Of a stretch of DNA of 64,000 nt, positions 28,761-56,556 are shown piece after piece. Each line of letters opens with the position of its first letter. The first letter of the stretch is position 1. Location: assembly GCF_009914755.1 (NCBI RefSeq), contig NC_060934.1. One strand, written 5' to 3'. The translations under genes and the position numbers were made by a program. This DNA is from the human T2T-CHM13v2.0 reference genome, Homo sapiens. The notes under the pieces were generated by a model. That model worked only from the letters and a program-made list of their open reading frames with translations. It was not told where the DNA came from and did not search any database.

Positions 28761-31700
28761 TAGTTAAGAATTTTCAGGTGACAGTATATTTTTGATAGTT
28801 ATCTTTGGTTTCCAAACCCAGAGAAGGAAGAGTAACTGGCTTTTTCTGTTTGTGGGTACATTGTGTCTTATTGGAGATTGTTTTGTCTCAAGTATTGCCG
28901 CAGAGTATTTTATTAATGGGTGCACTTTAAAATTTTTTGTTTTTCAGATTAACAGTTTAGGTAGCCCAGTACTCGGTATTTGCCAATTTCTAGAATTAAA
29001 AACGTGTGTATCACTGGTTAACTAGAAATTTAAAATGAAAATGTGTCTTCTTTAGCCCAGGCAATATCACTTGCATTCACTTCTATCCCCTCCTTGTCCC
29101 TACTCTGTTGGCTCCAGGGCTTCTTCCACTAAGCTGGTACTTTCTTTATAGCTCCTCCTGTACTTCCATTCACTGAACCTTTATTGGTTCATAGCCTACA
29201 GAAAATGCCTGTGGTGTGAGAGGTAATTTGTGAAACTGCTTCTCTTCACTGTTTAGCAGGTTGAGCTCTCTAAATGGGTGTAGCTGGGAAAGAAAATTTA
29301 ACTTTACAAACAAGAATTCCTGGGTTCCATCCAGCGGAACATGTCTCTTGTTATACACACACAGTTTCTGACCCATATCATTCCATGACTTATGATAAAA
29401 TGGACATTCTGTTTACACTGTTGTGTGGAAGGAGAGGTCTGGTTCCTAATTTTTAGTAACATCTATTTCTAGAATATTAGGCTTGCCATTTGAATGCTTC
29501 TGTTTGATTTATGAATATCATTGGTTCCAGCAGTTTTTAGCTCCCTGCTAAATGCAAGTTAAAATTTTTAAGTTTCTAAGTTAAAAGAAAATAACTTTTC
29601 CTCCACTTAAGAAAGCCAGGAAAATTAAAAATAATGTAGTGATGACTTCCACAGGCTCTAAAAGAGCAATGAAAAAAGTGATTTATGTGTGGGAGAAGAA
29701 ATACTAGTTCTTAATTAATACATTGTTTTACCACTTCCCGTGAATTTATGTAGAAGTAATGAAACCAAGGTTTAAGTCATTTGTTCAAACTCCTGTCAGT
29801 TTAGACTTTTTAATTGCTTTGTTACATGCCATTGCTTTGTAATACTTGTTATAGCAGTGGTAACAGTTGAGATTTGCCTGTTTGACCACTTGCAGGGCAC
29901 CGTGCCAGATTCCCCATGTGCGATGTTCCTCGCAGTTGTGACGCCCATCCTAGGAGGGTGGCGTTAGCACCCCTCCATGCAAGCGGATGGTGCAGGCTGG
30001 GTCACCTGGGCACAGCGCCTGACTATTTTCCTGGCTTAGTGTAGTTATCATTAAATATGTGGTATTACTTAGAAGCATTTTGAATAATTTGAAAAGCACA
30101 TTTTAGTGTTAAAACAATTTTTTTTTTTGAGAAAAGGTCTGGCTCTGTTGCTGGGGTGGAGTGCAGTGACCTGAGCGTAGCTCACTGCAGCCTGCAACTC
30201 CTGGGCTCAAGCGATTCTCCTGCCCCAGCCTCCTGAGCATCTGGGACTACGGGCACATGCCCCCACACCCAACTCAATTTTTTTTAAGATACAAAGGATT
30301 CATCTTAATATTATTTACAATTTTTTTTTCCTTTTCTGTGGGCCTCATCTGACTGGAAAGCCTTTCAATTTTTTTATTTTTTAAATTGTAAATTGACAAA
30401 TTGTAGATATATATTTATGAGGTACAAAGTAATTTTATGATTTATGAATACAACATTACATAATTAAGTCAAGCTGATTAACCTGTTCACTACTGGAAAC
30501 AATTGCAAATAATTATCATTTTTTCTGGTGAGAACATCTGAAATTTACTCAGTGATTTTGAAATGTGCAGTACTTTTTGTTGTTGTTGTAGAAATGAGGT
30601 CTCACTATGTTGGCCAGGCTGGTTTCAAACTCCTGAGCTCAAGTGATCCTCCCACCTCAGCCTTCCAGTGTTGGGATTACAAGCGTGAACTACCATGTTG
30701 GGCCAAATGTGTAATCTATTATTATTTACTGTATTCACCATGCTGTGCAATTTATCTCAAAGAAACTTATTCCTCCTGTCTAATTGAGGCTTTGTGCCCT
30801 TTGACCATCATCTCCCCATCACCCCCATCCCCAATGTTGTATACTGAGTCCTTTCATGATATGTATGGAGGCTTATGGTAAGTTATTTAAAAGTACATGT
30901 ATGTCAAAATTTTTTGTGGCCATAGCTTTTCTTTCTTTTTTAAATTTTAAGAGTCAGAATATTCGTATATTAATTCAGCATGTATTTGAGTGCCTAATGT
31001 ATGCCATTTTCTATGTTAGGAACAAGGAATTAAAGCAGTGAACATAACAAAGTCTGCCCTCGTGGTGCTAACTTGCCAGGTAGGGAAGCCAGATACTAAA
31101 CACATGTATAATGCAAAGTCAGTAATAATAAACGATATGAAGAAACAAGTAAGGTAGGAGAGGCAGGAAAGTGGGAGTGAGAAAGAGGTGCTCTTTTAAA
31201 TACAGTGGTCAGGGAGAGCCTCTCAGAATGAAGTTTTTAACAGAGACCTGAATGAGATGGGGGAGTCAGCTATACAGATATCTGCTGTGTGCTAGAAAAA
31301 TTACCTGTAATTTTGCATTCTAAAAGTTTAATGAGTACATTTATTTCACAATTTGAGAATCAATTATGTATAAGATATAGTTGTAAGCACATACTCCTCT
31401 AAATATGATTTGTTTTTACAGTAGACCAAATAAGTATGTTCAGCTTAGAATATGCTCTTTATGATCTGTATAATAAATACATTCTCTTAAAATATTGTTA
31501 ATATTAAGGTTGATGTTTTCAGAAACATATAAAAAAGCTAGCTTTTAAAATTGACTAGGGAAGTTCTCTCAAACTGCCAGTCCCTGAGATATTGTATATT
31601 TTCTATCTGAAAAACTTTTATTCTCAGAATTCTTTAAAAGAGCTGTCCCTGAGGCTCCCATTACTTACCTGTGACTCCCAGTGGAAATCGTACCCAGCCC

Positions 31701-32210
31701 CTCGAGAGGGGCTGAATCTGTTGAGAGTGGGAGGGTAGAAAAAATGCTGCAGCTTCTTGTGGGTAAACTTCACACACAAACACCCAGTGTCCCAAGCACT
31801 GTGCAGTCAAACATCAACCCTGCTCAGACTTTCCTCCTTGGGATTGAGAAGCAATGGATTATAGAGAAAGAAAGGTGGCTTAGCACTCCAAAACTTGGAA
31901 GGGTAATTGACCAAGACCCCCCAAAGCCAAAGCAGTGGGCATCCCCACTTTCTGTATACCCTATACCAACACGTAATGGCTACTAGATACAGGGGCACTA
32001 GTACCTGTCTGCTTGGCTACCTCCCCTTCTTGCAGAAGTGGTGAAGGGAATCACTCAACCTCAGGAAGGGAAAATGGCTTTCTCATCTTCAAATTGAAAG
32101 AGGTTGGCAGTGGGTGAGGAGAATAACAGGTAAGGATCTCTTTCAATATACCCATTTGAAGCCAAAACCTCAGTTTAGACATACGGTATTTTGAACCTGG
32201 TGACTATTCA

Positions 32211-32527
<317 letters not shown>

Positions 32528-32889
32528 CCCACCCCTACCCACCCCCTAAAAAAGCAAGCTGAATTCTTGAACTCCCTGCAACCAGGTCACGCAAACCAAA
32601 GGTAAAAGGAACATAAAAAAGCCTTCTGGAAAGTGTACAGAAATTCATTGCAGGGTGATTTTTGTCTTGTGAAATCATAGTTACTGTTATTAGCAGCTTT
32701 TTAAAATGTTTTATATTCATTTTTTATGGTGTTCTGATGTATGAGCTGCTTCAAGTGCTTTTGGACATAGCTTGGGTATAAAATGTAAAAAGTGGATATT
32801 TTCAATTTGTAGCTTTCTTTTTTGAAACTTACTGAAATTTGTTCTAAATATAACCCCTTCTTTCTCACCCACCCCAACACATTTTTTAA

Positions 32890-32988
<99 letters not shown>

Positions 32989-33328
32989 TGATCGCTTTTC
33001 TTGCTACCTAATGAGAACTCTGGGGAAATATGTTTACAAACATGTTACTGTTAAGATGCTATAGAAATATACCTTATCGGAACTGATTTTTTTTTAAGTT
33101 GTACTCTTTAAGACCTGCATCATTTCTCAATTACTCTAAATTAAGATATAGCCTTTTTTTACGGGAGGGATTTTTTTACGGGAGGGAGCTAATTGGATTT
33201 TAAGTCTAGATCTTTGTTTTCAATTCCTCAACATATTCTATAAATAAGACCAAATTATAGTAGAAGGAGAGTAAATAAGCTATTATCTTTTTAAAGTGGT
33301 GAAGAGCACTGATTAAATATATATTAGA

Positions 33329-36300
33329 GCCCCAGCCCCCGCCCCAGCTGCGCGGGCCCCCGCCTGGCCCATGGACTGCACAGCCGAGCGGGCGCCTTGA
33401 GCGCGGTGCGGGTCCTCGGAGCACCCCCGAGGTGAGCGCAAGCAAGGTCCGGCATCATGTGCTAGGTTATTCCCAGTGCGAGGCCACACTTGGGCCGTCG
33501 GAGCAGCCCCTCCTCACTTCAGGGGTCACCCTCCCCAAGACCCATTGCCCCATCATGGCCGGGGACCGGCTCCCCAGGAAGGTGATGGACGCCAAGAAGC
33601 TGGCCAGCCTGCTGCGGGGCGGGCCTGGGGGGGCCTGGTCATCGACAGTCACTCCTTCCTGGAGTACAACAGCTGGCATGTGCTCAGCTCCGTCAACATC
33701 TGCTGCTCCAAGCTGGTGAAGTGGCGGTTGCAGAAGGGCAAGGTGACCATTGTGGAGTTCATCCAGCCGGCCGCACGCAGCCAGGTGGAGGCCACTGAGC
33801 CACAGGACGTGGTGGTCTATGACCAGAGCACGCGGCCGCAGACAGCTTCCTCTCCATCCTGCTGAGCAAGCTGGATGGCTGCTTCCACAGCGTGGCCGGC
33901 TGCTTCCACAGCATGGCCATCATCACGGGGGGCTTCGCCACCTTCTCCTCCTGCTTCCCCGACCTCTGCGAGGGCGAGCCTGCTGCCCTGCTACCCATGA
34001 GCCTCTCCCAGTCCTGCCTGCTCGTGCCCAGCGTGGGCCTGACCCTCATCCTGCCTCACCTCTACCTGGGCTCGCAGGAAGACGTCCTGAACAAGGATCT
34101 GATGACGCAGAATGGAATAAGCTACGTCCTCTATGCCAGCAACTCCTGCCCCAAGCCTGACTTCATCTACCAGAGCCACTTCTTGCGGGTCCCCATCAAC
34201 GACAACTACTGTGAAAAGCTGCTGCCCTGGCTGGACAAGTCCATCGAGTTCGTCGATAAAGCCAAGCTGTCCAGCTGCCAAGTCATCGTCCACCGTCTGG
34301 CCGGCATCTCCTGCTGTGCCACTATCGCCATCGCCTACATCATGAAGACCATGGGCATGTCCTCCGAAGACGCCTACAGGTTTGTGAAGGACCAGCGCCC
34401 GTCCATCTCGCCCAACTTCAACTTCCTGGGCCAGCTGCTGGAGGACCAGAGCAGCCCGAAGCTGCTGGCCGCCGTGCAGGGCGACGCGGGCACCCCCTCA
34501 GGAATGCAGGAGCCTCCCCCCAGCCCTGCGGCCGGGGCCCCACTGCCATGGCTGCCACCACCTACCTCAGAGACCGCTGCCACCAGGAGTGCGGCTGCCA
34601 GGGAGGGCGGCCCGAGCGCGGGCAGGAAGCCCCCGGCGCCCCCCACGGCCACCAGCACGCTGCAGCAGGGCCTGCGCAGCCTGCGCCTCTCCTCGGACCA
34701 CCTGCAGGACACCAGCCGCCTCAAGCCCTCCTTCTCTCTGGACATCAAGTCGGCCTACGCCCCCAGCAGGCGGCCCGGCGGCCCGGGCCCAGCGACCCCG
34801 GCGAGGCCCCGAAGCTCTCTGAAAGCTGGACAGCCAGTCGGGGCCATGTTGGGCCTGCCCTCGCCCTGCCCGGACGCCGCGCCCAGGCACGCCCACGGCC
34901 CGGCGCGCTACCCCGCGCGCGGCCTGAACTTCGGCTACGCGGCTGCCGGGCCCTGGCCAGCCGGCCAGCCCCGGAGCCTGGACGCCACCGCTCGACTCCC
35001 TGAAGCGTCCTCGGTGCTTCAGCCCCGAGGGCGTGCAAGGGCCGGGCAGGGTGCTGTTTGCGCCCTTCGGCCGGGCGGGCGCCCCGGAACCCAACGGCTG
35101 CAGCGACCTGCCACGGCGGGAGGCAGCAAGGGCTGAGCCCGGGACGCGCGGACCAGCTGGTCAGACGAGCTGGCCCCGGATTCGCACTTCAAGTGCTGCA
35201 GCTGCCAGATGGAGTTCGAGGAGGGCATGGTGGAGGGGCGCGCGCGCGGCGAGGAGCTGGCCGCCCTGGGCAAGCAGGGGAGCTTCTCGGGCAGCGTGGA
35301 GGTCATCGAGATGTCCTGACCCCTCCGCTGCCCTCGGCTCCGCCGCCCGCAGCTGGGCAGTTATAAATATATATTATATATAATGCAAAGAAAGGCAAAT
35401 GGTTTTACTGCGATTTTTATCCAGAAGTAAATATTTCGATTTTTTATTTATTTAAGCTGTTCATTCTGGCACTGATTTGGCAACAGTGCGGGTGGTCCTC
35501 GAGCTCTATTTTTACTGTCTGGTATTTAAACCGAAACACACGTTTCTAAGCAATAAGAGGCCACCTTCAGTCGCAAGTTGCAGGCCAGGCCTGGGGCCCC
35601 TCCCTGATCCCCCGCCCCAGGAAACACTGCTGACATTTGCAGAGGCTGCCGAGCTTTCGTGAACTTTTTACACAAGAGAAAGTTGAAAAAAAAAAAAAAC
35701 TTTCTTGCCACAAACTGAGCCGCAGAAACCCCCTTCTTCCCCCACCCACCGCCCCTGCTCTCTCCCTTCGGGCTCCGCCCCAAAGCCATAGGCTGGGGGA
35801 GCAGGACCTGGTGTGCCCCAGAGAGGTGCGGCCAGCCCTCCACCAGCTCTAGGCACCAAATCTTGGTGGCAGGGAGGGCACCCCGCTGCCCGTTGCCCCA
35901 GAGCTGTTCCCTCTCAGGGGAGGACATGCATTGGGCCCCATGGTGCCAGGGCGTTGAGAGGGGCTGAGGAATAGAACAGTGTGTGTAGGGGCTTGGGGCA
36001 GGGGGTTCTGGAGGGTCAGATGAGGCAGAGCCCAGGGGAGGATGGGGGTGTTATTAATGCCCCAACTCCTGCCAGAGCCCCAGTCCAGCCACTGAGTGCC
36101 TCAGAAAGGCCATTCCCAGAGGGCTGCGGCCCTCCCTTCTCCTTTGCCCCTGCCCCCAGAGCTACCTGACTGGCAGGGCGGCACTACTGCAGGAGAGGAG
36201 CTTGGCCTCCGGGGGTCAGGCAGGAGGGGGGCCTGGCTAGCCTGTGCTGGCTCCACTGGGCGGGGAGCCCTGGACTGCCAGGTATGAGGAGGGGGTGGGC

Positions 36301-37032
36301 TTAGGGTCCTGTTCCAGGTCCGTCCCCCACCTAGCAAGGCCCCAGGCAGGACTTGGAAACCAGGTGTGCACCTGCAGGCTGAGGGGCTCCATGAGCAGGT
36401 GCTGCCTTGCACAGGGAGTTCAGGCGCCAGCCAAGCCCCTGTGCTTCTGGGGTAGGCCTGCTTCACTTAGGGAGCGCTGCCTCAAGGCAGATAAAGCCCC
36501 CTTGTTGACCCGACCTGCATGGGGGCCTCTCAGGAGAGAAACTCTCGTGCGCCCCTTTCCCAGGGCGCCCTCTTTCTAGACAGCATTCCAGCCCCCAAAC
36601 ACAGGTGGCTTTTGGGCCCAGATGGGTCAGCCTGCTGCTCCTGGCCCATACCCTCTCAGGCCGTTGGGACTCCTGCCCTTCAGATGTCCTAGGGTCTAGG
36701 AGTGGGCCAGTCACCCTGGGAAGAGGCCAGGGGCTTGGCAGGAGGGGCGGCCCAGGCGGGACCCAGTCCTGAGTCCTGGAGCAGGGCCAGGGAGGCGCCC
36801 GCCCCACCCCAGCCAGCCGCCTTCTCTGCTGTTTCTTCTATTTGTTCTTCTTTTCACCCACAGCCCTGTGTTCCTGTCATCCCTCCTTTCAGCAAAAGTC
36901 CTGTTCCCGTTCCCTCTGTCCCCACCCACTCTTGTTCCCCAAGAAAATAAGCTATCATTGTTGCATTTGCAATCTATGGATTAGAGGTTTAAGTATTTAT
37001 TATTATTGGTTAATTATTATTATGTTTTATAT
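33329..37032 (+). pseudogene. DUSP8P: Processed (retrotransposed) DUSP8 pseudogene: 5'UTR, CDS remnant 33555-35319, long 3'UTR
   Basis: Intronless MAGDRLPRKVMDAKKLASLLRGG...SGSVEVIEMS*. Frameshifts near 33630 and 33830 and in the C-terminal region. Catalytic motif HCLAGISRS is now HRLAGISCC. TSD ATATATATTAGA at 33317-33328 and 37033-37044. Confidence 0.97.
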
Positions 37033-37319
37033 ATATATATTAGAACTTGGCTAGCCAATTTTATTGAACAATTCCTGTTCAATAAATGTTGTTTAAAGTA
37101 CAGTTGAGAAAACGATGGTAGGTTTATTTCTTGAACTTTCAGAAGTTCAAGCTTAAAGCATCACACGTTTTTCTAATATCGTGTGGCGCTTTCTGTCATT
37201 TTACTTTTTTAACCTTTATATGGAATAGCAACCATCAACCTTCTCTTTCAGATGTGCCGTTTGGGGGTGCTAAAGCTGGTGTTAAGATCTATCCCAAGAA
37301 CTATACCGTAAGTATGAAA

Positions 37320-37671
<352 letters not shown>

Positions 37672-37958
37672 TTACTGGGCTTCTCTGTATCCCCCATATC
37701 AGTGAAATCAATAGTCCCCATTGCTTTTCAAATGGAATGAAAAAAGTAAAGAATTAACTCATTGAGTGTTTTGCCATATAAAGGTCACCTACTTAATATC
37801 TATATCCTTTATCATTTTCTGTTTTGTTTGGTTTTGTTTTTATGAGTCTTTTTTTTTTTTTTTTTTGCTTTTTGTATTATTATTTTCTTATTTAAAAGGT
37901 AATTAATATCTTCATATTATTAGACACCTATACCCATATTTAAGAAGTACTGTGATCT

Positions 37959-38437
<479 letters not shown>

Positions 38438-39043
38438 AAGTAGTACTGTGATCTGAAGTTTTTAGGTCAGGATCTCATGCTAGTGACAAATATCTTAACT
38501 AAGCCAATAAAAACCTTACTTTTTATCCTGTCAGTTCCAAGTAAATTCAAACTGGTTGTCACAATGCTTTACATAATACTAAATTATCTATATACAAACA
38601 TAAACAGATATGATTTTTATTCTCTTTAAAATTCACCATTTAGATGGAATATAATTATATTACAGTTAACCTTAATTAAGATTTGGTATATTTTTCAGTG
38701 GGGAATTAATAGAATGGGAATTTGAGTCCTGGTTCTACTATCTTGTTTTTATAACCTACTTTTTTGATCCCTTATTTTCTCACCTTTAAAATGGCATTGC
38801 CTACCTTATGAGTTGTTCTAAGGATGAGAAGACATGAAAATGTACTATAAATAGAAAATAAGATGCTAGCTATAATCTCAAGCGATTTTTATATCTTTTT
38901 TATTTTTATTGTTTTCTTATTTTACAGGATAACGAATTGGAAAAGATCACAAGGAGGTTCACCATGGAGCTAGCAAAGAAGGGCTTTATTGGTATGTGTA
39001 GCCACATAGATTTTGGCATAAAGTGGGAACATCTAAAAAAATC

Positions 39044-39355
39044 TTTTTTTTTTTTTTTTTTTTTTGTTTTGTTTTGTTTTGTTTTTGAGACAGAGTCTTA
39101 CTCTGTCTCCCAGACTGGAGTGCAGTGGTGCAATCTCCTCCACCTCCCGGGTTCAAGCAATTCTCTTGTCTCAGCCTCCCAAGTAGCTGAGACTACAGGC
39201 ATGTGCCACCACACCCAGCTAATTTTCGTATTTTTAGTAGAGATGGGGTTTCGCCATGTTGGTCAGGCTGGTCTTGAACTCCTGACCTCGGGTGATCCAC
39301 CCATCCCAGACTCCCAAAGAGCTGGGATTACAGGCATGAACCACTATGCCCGGCC
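39044..39355 (-). mobile_element. Alu (AluS-like)
   Basis: Antisense Alu about 50 bp after GLUD1P exon 4; explains the 179-aa ORF at 38937. Confidence 0.95.
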
Positions 39356-39805
39356 TCCTACTATTTGTGATAGGAGCTTTTGCCAAACATACAACATTTT
39401 TGAAGACACTAATCTTCGTTTGCTTGATGTCTTCGTATCTTACTATTATCTGTGTTTATATGTTCTTTGTGTGTGATCTGAACATTCTTTTCTATGATAT
39501 GTAAATATTTGTCATTTACCTTCTAATTTTCAGGCAGTTTAAACCTTTCTATACATATATTTTTAATCTAGAAGGCTTCTAATTTGTTTGAATAGAATAC
39601 ACATAATTATTTAATAAAATGCTTGCCCTATCAGTATAGTTAATAGAATGTTAATAGTTAATAATATAATACTTGCCCTATCAGTATCAGTATAGTTAAA
39701 CAAAATAAGGTCTACTTAAATAGGAAATAAAGTGTATTTTTCTCTACTTTCTTTCTCAGCATTTCCCCCACCATGGACAAATGCCTATGAAATTAAACTA
39801 TAAAG

Positions 39806-43726
<3,921 letters not shown>

Positions 43727-44324
43727 TAATAGTTTAACCATTTTTAAAGTTGTGTTTTTCTTTTTGTAAAGATGAGTTTCTATTATACAGTTGAAATAAT
43801 ATAGAAAGTTATAAACAATATATATATGGTGGGGAGAAAGAATGGGGAAGAGAAAGAAAATTGTAAGTGGGAACATGTTATACATGTTGTATGAAACCTG
43901 CCTTTTTCCATATGTATGTTTGTGATAATTCCAAGTAATTTACATGCATATGTTATCCTTTTTAATGGCTGTTTAGTACTTTGCATAGGTATACCATAGT
44001 TCATTTAATTGACATACAAGATAATTAGATTGTTTTTATTTTTACTATGTTTGAGAGGAGTATTTCTGCACCTTTACGGATTTGAGTGAGCATCACTTAA
44101 CATGTTTTTATCAGAGATCTTACTGTAGCAGTCAGTAGTAGTGCAGTCAGTGATTTCTGCTATGGCCTGTAAGCTAATTTGTTAGCCTAACACTTCAATT
44201 TGCTATGATCTGAGGAACTGAAAGCTAAGGCCTAAAATTTTATATGTGCTAAGTGTCGAATAATAGGTCAAAGCTGCATTCTTCCACAAGTAAAGATAAT
44301 ATGGGGCTTAACACAATTGCTTTA

Positions 44325-50430
<6,106 letters not shown>

Positions 50431-50528
50431 TGAACTGCATGTTGCTGCACAGTCTACCATAGCACAAATGTCAATTGCTTCTTGGCTTTCCTGGGGTGAT
50501 GGGAGGTCTGAACCTAACACAGTCTCAC

Positions 50529-52750
<2,222 letters not shown>

Positions 52751-52769
52751 CCCCCTGCCCCCTTGCCGC

Positions 52770-52845
52770 CCAGGCAGGCCCGCCCCCACCACTTGCCCGC
52801 TCTGCGATTGGCTGCGCCAGCCGCTGGGCGGGGCCTTCCGGCGTG
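52770..52845 (-). promoter_or_regulatory. CTSL-type TATA-less promoter: CCAAT box flanked by GC boxes
   Basis: CCCGCCCCC ~52779, ATTGG 52807-52811 (CCAAT on minus), GGGCGGGG ~52826, within GC-rich DNA upstream of exon 1. Confidence 0.7.
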
Positions 52846-53212
52846 CTGACTCCTGGCATGTGGAGCAGCTCAGTCCCCTTGCCTCAGTGGAACCGGGGGA
52901 GGGGAGCTGGGGGCTACGAAGAGAAGGGTCGGAGGTCTCCCTGGAGGGTTCGGATCAACTAAGTACCCTATTTAATGCCCTGGGCGGGTGGTTTATGAAA
53001 AGAAATTTACAGGAGCCCTGTGTGCATTTTCAGCTTAACCCTGCTTTTCCCTTAGGCCTAGAATTTTTGATTAAAATCTCCTGCAGGGCAGAGAGCCAGA
53101 GGACTGTAATCCAGTGGTTCCTGTTTAGTCCACAGCAAAGGTGCGGCTGGCTGGAAGAACGCACAGCCTGCAAGCAGAAGCCTTACCTCCCAATTAAGGG
53201 TGTAGAAGAATC

Positions 53213-54610
<1,398 letters not shown>

Positions 54611-55386
54611 ATATAAATAGGAAATACAGTGATTCAAATAAGCAATTGTTAGTTCCTCAGATCAGAACTGTGAGTTCTATACTAGACTCTTACATGTTAT
54701 TTCTTCTGGTATCTTAGCAATGATTCTGAATAAAGATCAGACTCCTTAGTCGGCAGGTGGGACAGTTCTCAATAACAGAAGCTGGGTTCTCAGGGGATCC
54801 CGTGGATATGAGGATGAAGGTTAGAAGCACTTGGGACCATACCTGCAGGTCTGATTTGAGGACAATGAGACCAAGACAGGAAGGCAGCACCTGCTGAGGG
54901 GCTGGGGGTGGGAGAAGGGAGGAAACGGGACACAAGAAAATAAGTATAAACCACCAGACTGCAGTCAGTGATCAACAAAATTCCCAAGTTTATATTGAGA
55001 AGATTTCCCTGGTTTGGGGTTTTGAAGAGATTATATAAGGGATTCGGGTTGCTTGATTTTTTTCATTCTTTTTCTTTTAACTTGGTCTCAATTTTTTTGT
55101 AAAAAAAAAAAAAAAGAATGTCTTATGTGCACCTTTAGAACTGGTGAATGAATGAACCTCCCTTTTTAAATAACTGAGATTGTCACTGAAGCACTGTCAT
55201 CCGATTTAGGCTTAAAAATCTGACACTGAATTTATCCTAGATGATAAAGTGCAAGTCTCTTGTCTCCTAGAAATGATCAGGCAAGGAAACACCCAGGAGG
55301 CCCAGGGCAAAATGCCCTCCTGGAAGCTGGTGGGGTAGGAAGATGCTGAGGCCCAGTATGGTCCCTGGAGCATGCATTCTGTGTGG

Positions 55387-55809
55387 TGACAGAAATTGTT
55401 TGCTTGACCGTACATTGGTCAGGCTTCTGAACCTTCTGCTAAACCCATCTGTGCACTTTTTGTAAAATTCAGTTTTAGGAAATTACCCTGCTAAGTCAGT
55501 TTAGCTGGCAGGAATCCCCGTCCACCATATACTGATCAGGGTCCTCATCCCCCACCATCCCGCAGCTGATGTCAGATAACCTTGGCCTGTGCTCAGCGAG
55601 AATCTCGTTAGGTCAGTTTAGCCAGAATCCTCCCTTACCCTTCATGTTCCCTCATAGTCATTTCCTATCTGCTAACCCCCATCCTCCTCCTTGAGTATAA
55701 TTACCACTTCCTTGTGCTGGATTCAGAGTTGAGCACAATTGCTCTCTCTCACTGTAAGAACTACTTGCAGTGCTCCTAGACCTACATATGTGAACCTGTT
55801 TCTTTAACA
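55387..55809 (+). mobile_element. MER31-like ERV1 LTR
   Basis: CCTGCTAAGTCAGTTTAGC...GTTAGGTCAGTTTAGCCAGAATCC...TCTTTAACA. Confidence 0.75.
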
Positions 55810-56244
55810 GTGACTCACCTGTCTTTTTCTCCTTTCAACTTGACACTAGCTGAGGCTTATCCGCATCAAAGTGGAGGGACTGGCCCCGGGGGATCCTCAG
55901 GGCTTCACCTTGATGGCCTGCAGGCTCACATTCCACTTTTTCTGGTGCCTTCTGGCTCCGAGTCCAGTTTGCCACACAAGTGATGGAGGTTGGAAGGAGG
56001 GATGAGGTGACAGAGGTGAAGGAGGGTAAATTCTTTTCTAAGCCCTACTTGCCTGACATGCATTTAGGTTTTTAGAAAGGAACCTGACCCCACCCTTTAT
56101 TTTCTATCTCCCACTTCCATGACTAGCCTTACCTGTAAAAATGGGGCATAGAAGAGCCCCCATCTCCTAGGGCAGTGTTTTTGAGCAGGGGGTCACTGAA
56201 CAGTAGCACCTTCATCTCTTGAGACCTTGTTAGGAAATTCTGGA

Positions 56245-56556
<312 letters not shown>

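Noticed and set aside
31695-31714. Hairpin CAGCCCCTC-GA-GAGGGGCTG
   Set aside because: A single 9-bp inverted repeat is compatible with chance in 64 kb
34374-36950. Many overlapping ORFs on both strands
   Set aside because: Alternative frames and 3'UTR of the GC-rich DUSP8 retrocopy
38937-39476. 179-aa ORF starting with GLUD1-like EKITRRFTMELAKKGFIG
   Set aside because: This is exon 4 read through its donor into intron and an antisense Alu; it is not a real CDS
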